NCBI GenBank assembly: GCA_965153355.1
Contig: OZ231126.1
Coordinates: forward strand, 11,036,001-11,100,000
Direction of reading: 5' to 3'
Source: Flaccisagitta enflata
Taxonomy: Eukaryota
DNA length: 64,000 nucleotides
Below the pieces are notes generated by a model, which did no database searches, was not told where the DNA came from, and saw nothing but the letters and a program-made list of their open reading frames with translations. The stretch's first letter is position 1, and the number at the start of each line of letters is the position of its first letter. The position numbers were made by a program, and so were the translations under genes. Shown piece after piece: positions 39,968-55,263 of the stretch.

Positions 39968-40512
39968 AACTAGTCATCCAAGGATCGCACATGGTCAGCG
40001 GTACCCGATGCCCTGCTGGGAATGATTCAGTGATGAAGTGGAGTGAGAGCAGGGCAGCGGCCCCAAAGGGCCGATGTCCTGTAGAACACAGGGGGGAATT
40101 TCCAGACGTCCTGAGGGGGCATATTTCAAGCCTTCAATGACTAATTTAGGCCACTGAAGGTATATTTGAAGGCTGGAGGGCAGAATTAAGGCTTGGAGAG
40201 CAGATTTAAGGTTTTGAGGGCAAATTTGAGCCACAGTCGGCTGGTTTGATGCTTTAGAGGCTAATTGAAGGTCTGGAGGGCAGATTTGAGGTCTGGTGGG
40301 AGATTTGAAGCCGAGGGGGCTGATTATAAGCCTGGATGGCTGATTTGAGGCCTCAAAGACTAAATTGAGGGCTGGGAGGGCAGATTTGAGGTCTTGATGG
40401 CCAACGGGGGGGGGGGGACGGAAGGACGGAAGGACAGACGGACGGACGGACGTCTGGAAATTCCCCCCGGTGTTCTACAGGACATCGGCCCTTTGGGGCC
40501 GCTGCCCAAAAA
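39968..40512 (-). mobile_element. GGGCAGCGGCCCC-family element with internal 21-bp minisatellite
   Basis: ~55-bp inverted repeats (40031-40087 and 40451-40507). Tail GGTACCGCTGACCATGTGCGATCCTTGGATGACTAGTT is shared with the 18506 copy. Confidence 0.7.
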
Positions 40513-40810
40513 GGAGGACAGACAGACAGACCAACAAACAGACATAAGAGACGGATCAAAAACAAGGAAAACGTACATTACGACACGATGAAAGTAAGCG
40601 TGACACTTCAAGTTTCACCAGGGGCAAAAAATCCCTCATCTTTTTTATCAAAAATGTATGATTCACCTAATATTGCATGTTAAACAAGGTAATTAACAAA
40701 AAAAATTAATGCAAAATCCCATCAAATAAAAAAAGTAACAGCTATTTTTAATCAAAAAATTGTTAATTTTCTTTTTCGCTGATATTTCTGTTTTCTTTGT
40801 GAGACAAAGA

Positions 40811-40898
<88 letters not shown>

Positions 40899-43491
40899 AA
40901 AACTTGCTTAAACCCTGAAACAATAGTTTAACTTTATCTAAATTAATAGGAGAAGAAACAAATCAAAATTGAAAAAAACATACTTTTACAGTAATATCCA
41001 CTTTTTGTACATTTTTTATAATTTTTGATGATGTTATCATTGCCTATAAAAGCTGTAAAATGAAAAAAATGATTAATTGGATTTTTTCCCATTTCTGGCC
41101 CGTTTTGGCCAGTTTAAACATTCTTGATGCAATTTCATTCCAACACTAATCATATTAAATATGATCGGTAAAAAAAATCTTAATGAATGTGACATTAACA
41201 AATAAAACATTTTTTTGTCATTAATTTGTGTTCAGTTAAAAAAAAACGTTAACTAGTAAAGTTTCAGAGGTTTTTTTGCAATTTTGGATCTATATTTCAG
41301 TTCCTACTGTCAAGCTTCTTGATTTTAGTTGAAAATCGATGACATAGCAAAACGGTGACTAATAAATTTGCATGGAAAATGAAAAATCAAAAAAAAAAAA
41401 AAAAAAAACACAGTACACAGTTCTTAAAAACAAGAAGTGACTAGACGAAAAAAAGTGGTGTTTGATAGACGGTGGGGGAGTGGAGAAATGAAGGGGAGAG
41501 ATCGGGGTAAAAATCTAACAAGGCCGGATACACGGCCATCAGTTGGGCAGGGGCGGAAATGCATGTTTTCTCACTTTTCGACTTGATCATTACGGACGGA
41601 CGGACGGACGGACGGACGGAAGGACGGACGGATGGACAAAGCCTCCTATAGAGTTGCGTGTCCGCAACTAAAAATGGGAAAAAAAGGAGAGGCAAGAAAA
41701 AGTCATTCCCCGGCTAACAAAAACAAACAGGATTCTCTGTCGGTGTATTCAACAAGGCCAAGAGATGCCCACGAGATGTGCCTTGTTTAGGTATAACTTT
41801 TAAAAGATGTGATAAAAAATATGGGATAAAATTGTCAATAAGACCTTTGAATACATCCCAGGGTCTTCTCTAATGTTCAAAAATGTAAAAATATGCAAAA
41901 AATGCCCTTAAAACGATTTGTTAGACGGACGGACCGACCTGCGGACCGACCAACCGACGGACCAATAAGTGGCTTATAGAGTCGCGTAGCACGTGACTAG
42001 AAATTTACTTATGAAGCAGTAACAACCTTCGGACCTACTTTCGGACACACACCTTTATTAAAATGCGAGGACGCATATGCAAACGCTGTTTATCTTGTGG
42101 CTGAAGTGGGAAGGGAAAATATCACAAAACAGAAATAAAAACACACAATGAAAAAAAAGGTGTCGTGATCCACTCTCAACGTGATACATTTTAATGTACA
42201 TTGTGGCATGGTTATAGTTTTCCCTCAAACCAGCGCTATGGCGTCTAAATGGGCGTTCACTTTCATCAGTGGGGACTGGAATCAGGCGACACTTCAGCAG
42301 AGACATGCCATTAAGAATTGCGGGGAATTTTCACTTCCCACTTATTCGACAAGTCAGTCCATCTGTCCCTTGGTCAAACTTCAACTTAATAGGCATCTTT
42401 TAGCCTTTTAGTCCTTACTGAGTTACTGTACCTGGCCAAATGCCCAAATGCTCTGTAGTGGGCCTTGCTGTGCCCTAAGTCAGATAACTTTAGAATCCCA
42501 TTCCAAATCTTATAAGGAATTCGGCTGGATCTAACCACGCGCTAGAATTTTGCATCTGACTTGCACATATCCTTCGACAGGAGTTACAAAACCGCATACA
42601 CAGCTAGCAAAGTCATGTGGGGTTGGGCAAGGACAGTGATAGAAAAAGCTAATGACAGTATTTCAGCTGGGGCAGTACTGCAAAAACCACCTAAAAATGT
42701 CAAAAAGCAAAGTGAGTGTTACAGATAGACAAACCGACCGACCGACGTAGCGGGATATCGAGTCGCGACTAAACAGTAAACATACGAAATGAAACAGTTA
42801 AAGTGTTACACGTGCGAGCGCATGTCTCGTGCTCTACAAGACTACAGGCACAGCATTATTGGACGCTTCTTACTATTGAAAGAATCTACAAACAGGCGCG
42901 CCGCGAAGGCAGATTACTTTTTGCAACCATAGGAAAAAAAAAGGGCTAAGAATTTAAGCAAATAGTATCAATACAAAAGCACCACGCAATTTTAGAGTCG
43001 TAACAATTTTTGCCGAAATAACAAGGAGTAAAAAGGCCAATTATGCTGCAAGGGTAGTTTCAGTTGTCGACAGACCGACCTACGTAAGTGTTCTGGCGTG
43101 CTTTATATGAGAACGAAGCGTGTTAATTCTCCACATTGACATTTGGAGAACAAATTTAGAGACAACTAACGGAGACAATAAAAAAGTTAAAACAAAAGGA
43201 AATACTTATTTAAAGCGACGGACAACTGGACCGAACGGAGAGACACTGAGTCTGAGACAGATCAAAGACCGATAAAGTGAAGTACAGACTGGTGATCACG
43301 CGATCACGCGACTTCAAACAAATACACACAATTGACGATATTATTAAGAAGCTTCATTGTTCAAAGAAATTGTTAACTAGTAAGGACTCAGATCACTTTA
43401 AGCTTCTTGAATTAAAAAAGGGAGGAAAAAAAAATAGGTAATCGTATTATTCAATAAATAAAAAAGAGAATGTGAAAGAGCGACAATGTGT

Positions 43492-43601
<110 letters not shown>

Positions 43602-44527
43602 GTGCGTCTGTGCGTTTCTGTGTGTGTCTGTGTGTGTTGATTTTGAATGTATATTAGTGTATTACGAGTTGAACGTGGGCGGTTAAACAGCTTGTGTTTG
43701 GGTCAAGATGTGTGATGTGTTACCTCTTGCATTAAAAGATAGATACACACACATGCACACACATAAACACTCACAGAGAAAGGCAAACAGACAGGGACAG
43801 ACCGACAGACACGAGCACACAGATAGGATGACAGCTCGACAGAGACAGACACACAGAACGTGACTTTGGAGCAGACAAGCTTGCAGACAAAACACTAAAC
43901 TTTAAAGATGACACGAGTAAATACTTTTAAACCACGTTTAAGAGATAGGACGTTGCGAAGCTAAGATGTACAGGATCATTCCTTTAGGATGATGATAAGG
44001 AAGATCGAAGATCACCACCAAGCCAGGAAGAATTTTGTTTATTTTTTTATAAATGAAAAAAGCGACAAGATGACTCGAGGAAAAAGGAAGAGAGTACAGA
44101 AAGAAGTTGAAAAGGGGGGGGGGCGTATGTACGTTGCGTTATGTAACTTAAGCAAAAATGAAAGATTCTGTAGGAGACGCATTGCCAGAAAGAAAGGAAA
44201 AGATAGTTGGGCGAATCCTCATGTCGTATCCGGCTGGGCGGGGGCACTGATACTTAAAGCTAATTGAGATTTTGCAGTTAGACAAAAACAAGGTCAAGTA
44301 GGCCAATAAGCTGCGACGTGTGGATCGTCAAACGTATGCATTATCGACCGACCAACCGACCGACCAACCAACCGACCGACGGACACAGCCAGTTATAGAG
44401 GTGCTTTGTCGCACCTCAAAGATATCCTGTTTCCACAGGAAAACGCACCGTCACCATTAGACAAACAAACGGGCGGAATAACCAACTTAGCAACACAGAT
44501 TGTTGCGCGACGCGACTTCCTGAATCG

Positions 44528-44740
44528 ATGGACCAAAGACTGAGTAAGAAAGTCACTTAAAATGGACGTTTTTAAGTAGATCTTTATCGGGGAGATGGAC
44601 CAAAGACTGAGTAAGAAAGTCACTTGAAATTTATGTTTTAAGTAGATCTTAATCAGGGAAATGGACAAAAGACTGAGTAAGAAAGTCACTAAAAATTTAC
44701 GATTTTAAGTAGATCTTCATTGCATTGGTGAGATGGACCG
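44528..44740. repeat. ~67-bp tandem repeat, about 3 copies
   Basis: ATGGACCAAAGACTGAGTAAGAAAGTCACT... at 44528, 44595 and 44661. Confidence 0.85.
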
Positions 44741-45127
44741 CGGAAAATCCCTGAAACAGGGAATTCCTTCAACGGAAATCCAAAATCTTTCGAGCAAATA
44801 GTAGAAAACCCCGAAAAGCGGCAAAAAATCGCGGTTTGTACTTTTCTTGTTTTTTTTTCCACTGGGATCATTTGCATAATTTTTTCTTTTTCAATTGACA
44901 AAAACAGAAATGCTTTTTTGTCACTAGAAAGCCCTATTGGGCAACCAGATGCGTCATCCGCCGCAGCCGCGGTCTGCGTGATTTTCAAGGAGGCTTTACA
45001 TAGTGACTGACGGACAGATGGACGACGCACGGAGGGATCGACCGGCCAAAGGACAGACCTCCTCGCAGAGATGCAATGACAATTGACATTCATCTCAAAA
45101 TGTATGGTTAACCACGTTTGATCGTCG

Positions 45128-45877
45128 TTTTTAGTCGCGTACTTCGCGACTCAACACCCCGCTATGCTGGTCCGTCGATCGGTTGGTCCCCTTTTTGGGC
45201 AGCGGCCCCGAAGGGGCCGATGACCTATGCTTTTACACATAGGGGAAATTACTCCTTCTACTCCTTCTCCTCCGTCCCCCCCCAGGCCCAAATCTTAGCC
45301 TCGAGGTTCATATCCCAGCTTTGAAGCTCAAATCCTAGCCTTGAGGCTCAAATCCCAGCCTCAAGGCTCAAGTCCCAGTCTCGAGGCTCAAACCTAAGCC
45401 TTGAAGCTCAGATCCAAGTCTTGAGGCTCAAATCTCAGTCTGGAGGCTCAAATACCAGCCTCAAAGCTCAAATCCCAGCCTCAAAGCTCAAATCCTAGTC
45501 TTGAGGCCCAAATCCTAGCCTCCAGGCTCATTTCCCTGCCTTGAAGCTCAAATCCCAGCCTCGACACTCAAAATTCTAGCCTCAGGGCCCCAATTGCAGC
45601 CTCCAGGCCTTAATTCCAGCCTTGAGGCTCAATTAAAAACAGCATAGGTCATCGGAACCTCCAGGGCCGCTGCCCCTTTAACTTCCTTACACCCAAAGCC
45701 ACTCACATGGGGGCAACGGGTACCGCTGACCATCTAACGCTTTTGCGACTATTACTTTTTCGGCGTTTGTGAGCTTTTTGAGCCTACTGCTCCTGCCCAA
45801 ATGTTCTGGTGACCTTCTCCAGCACTGCTCCTGCCCACCTGCATCACGACTGGGGCAGCCATGTATCCGGCCCTGTT
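45128..45877 (+). mobile_element. HINE-like element containing a GGGCAGCGGCCCC-family element (45197-45750) with a 21-bp array
   Basis: Array of CTCAAATCCCAGCCTTGAGG-like units at ~45285-45632. Host halves rejoin across the insert. Confidence 0.7.
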
Positions 45878-48800
45878 TCTGGTTTCAGTCACAAGTCCAT
45901 CCGTCCATTTACACTCAACATACACGCCTCCCCAGTTAAGTCCGTCTATAACACCTTGATTTTTCAAATTTTCAGCAGTATAGGAAGAAATCTTTGGTTA
46001 CTGCAAGATGTACCCTTGCTAATACTGGCCTTGATCTACTCTTTTTTGGCTGTGTCCGTTGGTCGGTCGGTTGGTCGATTGGTTGGTCGGTCAGTAACGC
46101 ATTTGTTCGACGATCCTCATGTCGCACCTTAAGGCCTTGCTTATGAACCTAGTCCTTACTTGGAAAAAAATGTTATGTCAAGCAAACTCAAACGCGGTGA
46201 AAAACGTGACAAAGGAAAGGACACAAAAAGATAAAAAAGTGAAGAGAAAATGTTTAGCCAGCTAGACTAGACGTAAGTAGACGCATGTATAAACGACTCT
46301 TTTTTCCTTTTGCCATTTGTCTCGAGGCAAAGTCATTATCTGACTATTTTTGATGTTCTCTCATGTCACAACTTTTGTACTCACTGAAAAAAAAAGAGAA
46401 AGATAGTCATATCCGTCAATTACAACCCTTGGGGCCTACCCACGATGAAGTTGAAACAAACTCGAACCAAAGTCAAAGATCCCACGGCAAATGGAACACT
46501 TAATTCTCAAAGATTAGAGAGAAAAGTCTTTTTAGTCGCGTGCACGCGACTCTTCAATTCGCTTTGTCCGTCGGTCGGTCGGTTGGTCCGTCGGTCACGA
46601 TCAACCTCACTGCTCCTGCCCAAATGGTCTGGTGACCTCAAATATGGCCCCTGCCCACCCGCACGCGACTTCGGTAGCCGTATATCCGGCCTTGTTTAGT
46701 CTCGAACCAACGACTCTTTAAGAGGATTTGACCGTCCATCCGTCAGTAAGTTCGTTGGCCCTTCCATCCATGGGTCATACTGGAGTTGGGAAGAGTAATG
46801 ACGCCTAATTCTTAAAGTTGCGGTAGTTTGGGTGTTTGTAGCGTGTTGGGAGAGGGGGGGGGAGATGCATGTCCCCGCCCACCCGTCCGTGTAACCCCGC
46901 GTTACTTGATTTCTTTCTATCGCCCTTTCTTTTTTATTTCTATCGCCCTTCCTTTCACTTTTTTCTCTTTCTACATTTTCTACCCTGTTGGTTCGGCCCG
47001 GAATCATTCTCAATCCCATTGCATAAATGAATCATCGCATCGCCCAAAAAATTGGGGAATGAGAAAAAAAAATCATTATTCCTCTTCTGATGATTTTTTG
47101 CTGACGTAGTCCTTTCATAGTACGCCCCGTCTTTTCTTCTTATTCAGATTTTGGAATTGGCTGTAATTGTTGTTATTCTTAGTAGTATTAACAGTATTCG
47201 AATGCGTTGTCGAGATGGAGAAATTCAGCATAAGAATTTAGCGCCTGGGATTAGCTTTCCACAGTTGATGAGGCTTCTTTGATTCTTAATTGAGTGCAAG
47301 CGACTGATAAAGTCCATTCGTTGGTTAGTCTGTATGACAACTGGAGCAACATCCCTCACGATAATCAAACTGAGACATATGAAAGAGGGCCTTGTGTCTG
47401 TCGGCTGCTTGGTTGTCTATGACGTAACAGCATTCTCGAATCAGTTTTTAGTTGCGGACTCGCAACTCTTTAAGAGACTTTGTCCATCCATCCGTCGGTG
47501 CGTCGGTCCGTTGTTCCGTCCATCCGTGAGCACAAGTCGAAAAGTTGTTAAACGAGCCTTGTAACCATGGCCAAATAAAAAATTAGACGCTCAATTTTCA
47601 TCAATCATTTGAAAACCACTTATACTTTTTACTTAAAATCCATGAGCATTTAAAAGAGCTTCAAAAAGACCAAGCAGAAATTTGTAACTTAAGTCGTTTA
47701 GAAATGACATAAGATTGAAGTTCAGCGCTCAATTTCAAAATTGCCGAAAAAAGCATATTTCAGCACCTTTCAAATAGGCATTTTTTATCGGAATTATTCT
47801 GTAAAATGAAGAAATAAAATGAATGGTATGAAATCTTAGGTGAAAATGAAGTATTTTGAATTCACTACAAGATGAAACCATGCAGAACTCATGATTCCAC
47901 TTAGTTTACAAGCTGTATCGATTCAAAGTTGGTTACTCTGAAATGATAGAAACCAGATTTGACATTTTTGAGTGGTTATCTTTAAAACATCATAACTTCT
48001 AAAGTTTTGAAGCTAGAATGTTGAGAAAGAGCTCAAATGAAAGATTTTTTGACGCTCTTTAAAACCATTATGGATTTGAAGGGTTTAACATTTTTTGTTT
48101 CGAAGCAATCCATGATCAAAAAATTTCGTCTAGTTTTTTTTGACAAGGTTAGATACTTGTGTTTGATTGGAGGGTTTGGGATGTGGATAGGGGTTGGACG
48201 CCCCTGCCCACCCGTCCGCAACTATATTGTAACCCTGTTACTTGCTCTTGTGCAAACGATCCTATTCGGTGACAAAACAATCTCAAAACAACATGAATGC
48301 AACATTGCCCTTAGATTTTGAATAAGAGCGCTTTGTCATATGGGTTGAAAGCTACAGGCTGACAGCGCAGCCGCATCAAGCTACCGCGGGTCCCTGGGCT
48401 TAGGAGCTACCACAGGGCCCCCTAGCCTTCCCTCTCCACTCCCCCCCTGTTGCTCTCACTACCTTTCCACATTTTTAATGCAGCTGATGAATCTATTTAA
48501 AAAAAAAAAGAATGTGTGGAATGAAAGATTTGTGATAGAAAATCAAAACAAAGCGAAGAAAAAAATAGTGTTTTTTTTCTTGTTTTTTTTCTTTATTTCT
48601 TTTTTTTTTTCTTTTTTTTCATTTTAGTTGCGGAAACGCATATCTATAAGAGGTCTTGTCCATCCATCCGTCGGTCTGTCGGTCTGTCCATTGGTCCGTC
48701 CGTGGACACAAGTCGAAAATTAGGAAAACACGCATTTCCGCCCCAGCCCACCCGTCCGCAACTGGTATGGGCCGTGTATCCGGCTTCGTTAACTTTCTTT

Positions 48801-49188
48801 TCTTTTTTTCTTTTTTTCCTTTGTTTTTCCCTTTCTTTCCATTTTTTCTTCTCTTTTTTTTTCTTCTTTCTTTCATGAGATAAGGGCTGCACCGCGGGGC
48901 TCCCGCTTACCGTGGGGCCTAGGGTTTAAGCCTTTAAGCCTTATGGGTGATCCGGCTCAGGGCTGACTATTGTTAATTGAGTAAACAGATTTGCATTTTT
49001 CTTTAAAACGTTTTTCGTTAAGTCAAAACAAAATATCACAGATGAGTCAATATTCACCAGGCTTAATTTACTGCTCTTCATTCCCCGCCACTCAAACTTG
49101 TTTTTTACCACATCCCCCAAATCCCTTCCAAATCATACATGGAGGACGCGGCCCTAATAAAGAACTTGTTAAAACAAATTGATGAATA

Positions 49189-49365
49189 CAGTTGAACCCC
49201 ACTCTTACGGATCCGCCAGCAACAAAATTCCACCTATAAAAGATGCGGATTCAATATCTTTTCAATTTGTTTTCTTTTATTTACTATGTTGGCAATAACA
49301 GAATTCCGTCTGTAACAGATAAAATTTATTAGTCCTTTGAAATCCGTTAGAGCGGGATTTAACTG
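49189..49365. mobile_element. pogo/Tigger-like MITE
   Basis: CAGTTGAACCCCACTCTTACGGAT / ATCCGTTAGAGCGGGATTTAACTG, TA TSD. Confidence 0.75.
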
Positions 49366-49708
49366 TACTTAACAATTACTTATTCTGCATGTCTTGACTT
49401 AATTGACGACGCGCAGGAGTGGTGAAGACAAGTACGGAATGATGTGTGGTTTGAGGTTGTTTATTACTCGATAGTTTCACGTGAGAGCAGACTAAAGTGA
49501 ACAAGAGGGCGATGAACGACGATGAATAATGAATGATGATTGCGAGATGAACGACGATAAATGAAGATGAATTAGTTTCCGTTTTCCAAACCCATTACAT
49601 AAATCCCAACTTACGGCGAAAGAATCTTGAGACATTTTCAAGTGAGGACTGATGTAAATCTTTATTTTTCTCCGCCTTCCCGCCCCCTCCCCTTTGTGCG
49701 TGTGTGTG

Positions 49709-49757
<49 letters not shown>

Positions 49758-50179
49758 TTTTTTTTTTGCGTCCTCGCATCTCTATAAGAGGGTCCGTCCG
49801 TCGGTCCGTCGGTCCGTCGGTCCGTCGGTCTGTCGGTCCGTCGGTCCGACGGTCCGTCCGTTACGCCTCCTTGAAAATCGCAGTTTCGGCAATTTAAAGC
49901 CACGAGGATCAAGTCAAACAGTCGTTAGGATGTTTTGAGAGCCTCGTATGGTACTATGTCTTTTCATCTATCTGTCCGTCCATGTCGAGCGCCAAAGTCA
50001 ATACGCGCAGAGACTCAGTCTGGACGCATCGTTGCCTGATCGGGCTTGTTTTCGTTTTATCGAGGAGGGATATTGACTACATACTATAGATTTATTTCAA
50101 ACTTTGCAATAAGATAAAACTGTTGTTCAACACGACACGGATGTATGTAGATCAGCAACGATGCGGCCTCAGCGTTATA

Positions 50180-50265
<86 letters not shown>

Positions 50266-50730
50266 GGTGTTGTCGTGGTTGTTGTCGTTGTTGTGTTGTT
50301 GCTGTGATGTTGGTGTGTTGTTGTTGTGGTTGTTGTGGTTGTGGTTGTTGTTGTGATTGCTGTGTTGTTGTTGTGTTGCGGTTGTCGTGTTGTGGTTGTT
50401 GTGTTGTGCTGTCGTTGTGTTGTGGGTGTTGTGTTGTGGTTGTTGAGTTGTGTGGCTGTTGTGGTGTTGTTGTGGTGTTGTTGTGGTGTTGTTGTGTTGT
50501 TGTTGTTGTGTTGTTGTTGTTGTGTTGTGGATTTTGTTGTTTTGGTTGTTGTTGTTGTTGCTGCTGCTGTTGTTCTGGTTGTTGGTGAGAGAGTGAGTAT
50601 GTGTGCTGCACGAGTTCGGCAAACTACTTATTTGAATTCAAAATCTCACAGGCTGGAGAACTTATCCATGGAAAGTCAAATAAACCTACTAACCCAAATT
50701 CACTTGGTGAAAGTTGTTGTTGTTTGTTGG

Positions 50731-50820
<90 letters not shown>
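50180..50820. repeat. (TTG)n microsatellites with a degenerate TG-rich tract
   Basis: Direct inspection. Other large microsatellites: (AC)n 5231, 24050, 43490; (AG/CT)n 11190, 24210, 27190, 38143, 39860, 40810, 54633, 60320; (ACTC)n 29430; (AAC)n 35200. Confidence 0.95.
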
Positions 50821-53691
50821 ATCTTTTATCGTTGTTTTAGGTGCGAAAAAGCACCACTATAACTGGCTGTGTCGGTCGGTTGGTCGGTCGGTCTGTCGGT
50901 TGGTCTGTCGGTAACGCATTTGTTCGACGATCCACTTGGCCTTGTTTCTTCGGTTAATGCAGTGGTGGTTGGTTAAACGGTCCATAGGACGGCAAATATT
51001 GGGAGGAAAATGAAGTGTTTCACCATACTTTTTGCATCATTATCAGGACAATAATGAAGCTGGAATGCTTTCAGTGGACAAATTGTCTCTAACAATACTT
51101 GGTGCATACAATTTTACCATATTCTGACCTAAAATGTAATTTAAACCACGCAATTCACATGAAAACAATGTGGAAAATGATGATTTTTAGTGAATTTCTG
51201 CTTACACTTTTTCTGATTTTCTTAGGTCGAAATTCTAAGAAAGCCACACACAAGGAAATTTTGCATTTTGAAAAACATAGTTCTCTCTGTAATCGATTTG
51301 GGAAGAGAACTATGTTCTTGGTTTTTGCATTTTGTCATTCTCTATGCAAATTTAGAATTTCGACCAGCCCCCTATCAGTTACCAAAAAAAAAAAAAAAAA
51401 GTAGAAATTTTCAATAATCTGTTTAAGTATCATTGACTAAACTTGGTCCTCTTGCTAAATAAATGCAAATTTTTCTTTTGAATATTACATCTGACCCATT
51501 TTGATCACTTCTATTCACTTGTTTTTGTATTTTCATTTATTCATCTTTTCTTTTTTGACCTTCTTTGAAACAACTGTTGGCTTCGGAGGGACGCCGTCAT
51601 AGACATAGTTCGTCAACATTGCATGAAAAGAGTCTCCTAATTTCAAAATGATTCCCTATTACTCCTTTATCTGAGCTGGGCTAATGCTGATATGGAATGA
51701 GACTTCTCACTGGACGATTAGTTAGATTACACGCCGTATCTTTAAGTGCGTCCTCGCACTTCTATAATAGGTCATGTCCGTCGGTCGGTCGGTCGGTCGG
51801 TCGGTCGGTCGGTCGGTCGGTTGGTTGGTCGGTCGGTCACGCAAACGTTTGAAATGTGCAAAACGGCTCATTTTGACGTATTTCTTCATTCCTACCACCT
51901 TTCATGCCTTACCACATTCATTTTCATTCATTCATTTATTTCCTTCATTCGTTCATCCATCCATTTGTTCATTCATTTATTCATCAAAAACGTTAATTCA
52001 CAAATTCCTATTCAAGCGAGGCGGACTTATTGGCCTTCACTTGGCATTGTTTTTTAAAACACAGGTTTTTGAAGTGAGGCTCGGCGTTCTTATTTTAAAC
52101 TAATTTTCAGGCTCAAACGTTCTTAACTTGTTCTTATTTTTGTAGAATTAGAGATTCTTCATCAAAGTTGCTAGCTATTCATATTCAATGACATGAATAT
52201 ATCTCATTCTCAGTCCATACAAAATTTTGTTTTTGTAAGTTATGAAATTTAGAAAAAGTAAATGATAAAGGTAACTGATAGAATTGTTTAGGCTGGAGGA
52301 TTCTGCACAAATTTTTTCATTGTTTCTTTTAAAAATAATAAAAAAAACGTACTTGAAGAGGTGATAATAAAAAAAATATAAGCCTGGGCATGTTCTCATT
52401 TTTTCACCAAATCTGAGGCTGATGTTCTTATAAACAGTGTTCTTAGACAAAATACAGCGTGTACTCGCAAGAATAGATTAATAACCGCATGCTGCACTCG
52501 ATGCGGTTATGCAAATTACGCTTACGCTTTGAAGCACCCAATAAGGTTTCGTCTGCAGGTTGAAACAGCTGGTACTCCGGCCCGCGACGAGCGGGATCTG
52601 TGTCGGGGCGAAAATGCGCTGAACGGGTCTACGGACCAACAGACAAACGGACGGACACAGCCTCTTATAAAATCGCAGGTCCGAGTCCGTGACTGGAATA
52701 AAAAAGTGGGTGTAAAACTTATGCAAGGCAATTGCTACTACCGACAGTTGGCATAGGAACTTCTGAAGTAGAACTTTGGCCCAGGAAATGCAGGTAAGGC
52801 ACAACGAATTACATATGGACCAAACAGGTGTATACTAGCTCAGGCTAGCAGATTGCTTTACCGTGTTTGAGCGGGGGGAAGTTAGTCAACCGCAACATTT
52901 TTTAAAAACATAATTAATGAAATAAATGACTAACACAGGGGAGAAAAACAAAACTTCGTTACTTTTTGTTGCGTATAGTTTAAACGCTTTACGGATCAAA
53001 AGAGATATTGACAGGAAGCTTGATATTTTTCCGCACACGCAGCTTAGTTGGTTGGGCTTTCTACAGGCAAAAACTTATTTGATTTAATTTACGAGTTCTG
53101 CTACTCATACAAGTGAGGCGGGGTCGCGGATGGGTGGGCAGGGGCATCTAATACCCAGCCTCACCCCCCAACTCCCAACCCCACACACAAAAACAACTGC
53201 AGCATCATGAATGCACGTTTTTTCGCGTTTTCAACACGATCGATGGACCAACGGATGGACCAACAGGCGGACAAAACCGTTTATAGAATTGCTAGTCCGC
53301 GACTTAAAAAAATAGTAGTGAAAATTTAGAATAATAAGCAATCTGGGTCCAGACTTGACGCGCTAAGTAAGTTGCTCAATGTTATTTTAGTAACACAAAT
53401 TCAGATGCTGAGGACACAGTAAGATTCAGATGAAAAGAATACGGTAAGCGATTATAGCATTCAGGTTTGTTTTGATCGGAGGCCAGCAAACTTATTGCTT
53501 TTTCGTCGATATGATAAGGGTAGGAAATACCTGTTCAAAACTGAGTACAAGCTCGTATCATCGGTGTGAGATTCTGTCTCTGAACGCCTCCGACAAAACT
53601 CACTCTTGTGGCAAGAAAGAGGAAAATCATTCTTGTTTGAAACAGACAAAAGTCTACCTTAACGGTCCTTACTTAGAGTCGGATACACTCT

Positions 53692-54072
53692 TTTTAGATG
53701 CGTCCTCACATCTCTATAATAGGCTGTGTCCGTCGGTCTGTCTGTTGGTCGGTTGGTAACGCATTCATTAAAATCATCAAAATCATTTTTCAACAGAAAA
53801 GTAGTTCTAACCATTCACAAATGACATTCATTTGTCAAAAAACCTTCATTCATAAAAAACATTCATTCATAAAATACATTCATTCATAAAAACATTCATT
53901 TATTTAAGACATTTATTCATAAAAAAACATTCATTCATAAAAAAACATTCATTCATAAAAACTTTCATTAAAAAAAACATTCATTCATAAAAAACGTTCA
54001 TTCATAAAATACATTCATTCATAAAAAACATTCATTCAAAGAGGACGCATCGTTGGCCTACTTGGCCTTGTT
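53692..54072 (+). mobile_element. Second HINE-like family (AGATGCGTCCTCGCATCT hairpin; also ~19593-19840, 49767-50050, 51741-52052)
   Basis: Same architecture with a different hairpin, a GGACGCATC subterminal repeat and an internal ATTC-rich array. Confidence 0.65.
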
Positions 54073-54629
54073 TTTATAAGAAAGTCAATTTTTTTCCGGA
54101 GGCTTCATGTTCTTATTTTCAAAGCCAAATGAGGCCTTCAATGTTTTTAGAGCGTTCTTAATTTCAAATACTATATAAACTATAGGAAACCTTATAATAT
54201 ACTATTACTTAATTACAGTAGATATATGCATCTCGCTTTTTTCCCGCTTGGTTTCTGGAGCAGGATCAAAACATCGTCTTTTCCCCGTAGGACGACTTTT
54301 GTTCGTACACATCTCGAGCACTTTTTTCCTACTTAACAAATTTCAGTCGTCTTTTCGCTGATCGTGACATCAACGCACTTTGCTAAAGTACCAATAAAGG
54401 CGGCTCTCGCCGACCGGAAAAAAGTCGTAAATGGGAGTCTTTTTTTTTTCAGTGCATGTTCTTGTGTGTGCATCTCATGATGTCTGGTTGACTGCCTGCC
54501 TGTTTTTGTCATTAAATCTGTCCCTCTGTGTCTCTTTTTTGGTCTTCCTTTGTCTTTGAGTGTATGTGTTTTTGTGTGTGTGTTTGTGCGTGCATGTGTG
54601 TGTGTGTTTGTGTGTGCGTGCGTGTCTGC

Positions 54630-54757
<128 letters not shown>

Positions 54758-55263
54758 TTTTTTCTCTCTGTGTCTCTATGTATGTGTGAATGTGTGTGAG
54801 AATGTGTGTGTGTGGAGGGGTGTGTGTCTTCCTCTTATCCTTTCTTTTCTCTTTCTCTCTCTCTCTTTTTCTCTCTCAAGCAGAGTAAAATGCAAAACCT
54901 AGCGTCATAAAAGTTTGGGTCAATTTGTGTAACATCATGACATTTCTCTCTTGTTACAAAGGCCCCGAAAAATAGGATCAATGAAAAATTTCGATTTTGC
55001 GAAAAAATAAAAAAAGATTCAAAAATTCATAGCGCCAAAACTAATGATCGTAGAGACTTCTGGTTGGCGCCATTTGAAAGAGAAAAATTAGCTCTTTCTT
55101 AGCTGTGAATATCAAAAAATGTATACTCCCAGCCCCAAAATGGCACAACTTCCTAAAATTGCCCCAAACCGAAAATGGAAAATTTTATTTCTCCCCTACG
55201 TTTCAAAAAGTCGAATTACATAATTCGACTTTTTTCCAACGATGGGAGCAAAGACGACCTAGA

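Noticed and set aside
50084-50914. Poly-Gln/Asn/Cys/Val ORFs, and similar SLSL, ERER, CVCV and RPSV ORFs across the window
   Set aside because: Microsatellite translations with no coding evidence.
52721-52770. MQGNCYYRQLA resembling an OTU protease catalytic motif
   Set aside because: Only about 11 residues, followed by stops and lacking the conserved Asp. Insufficient without a search.
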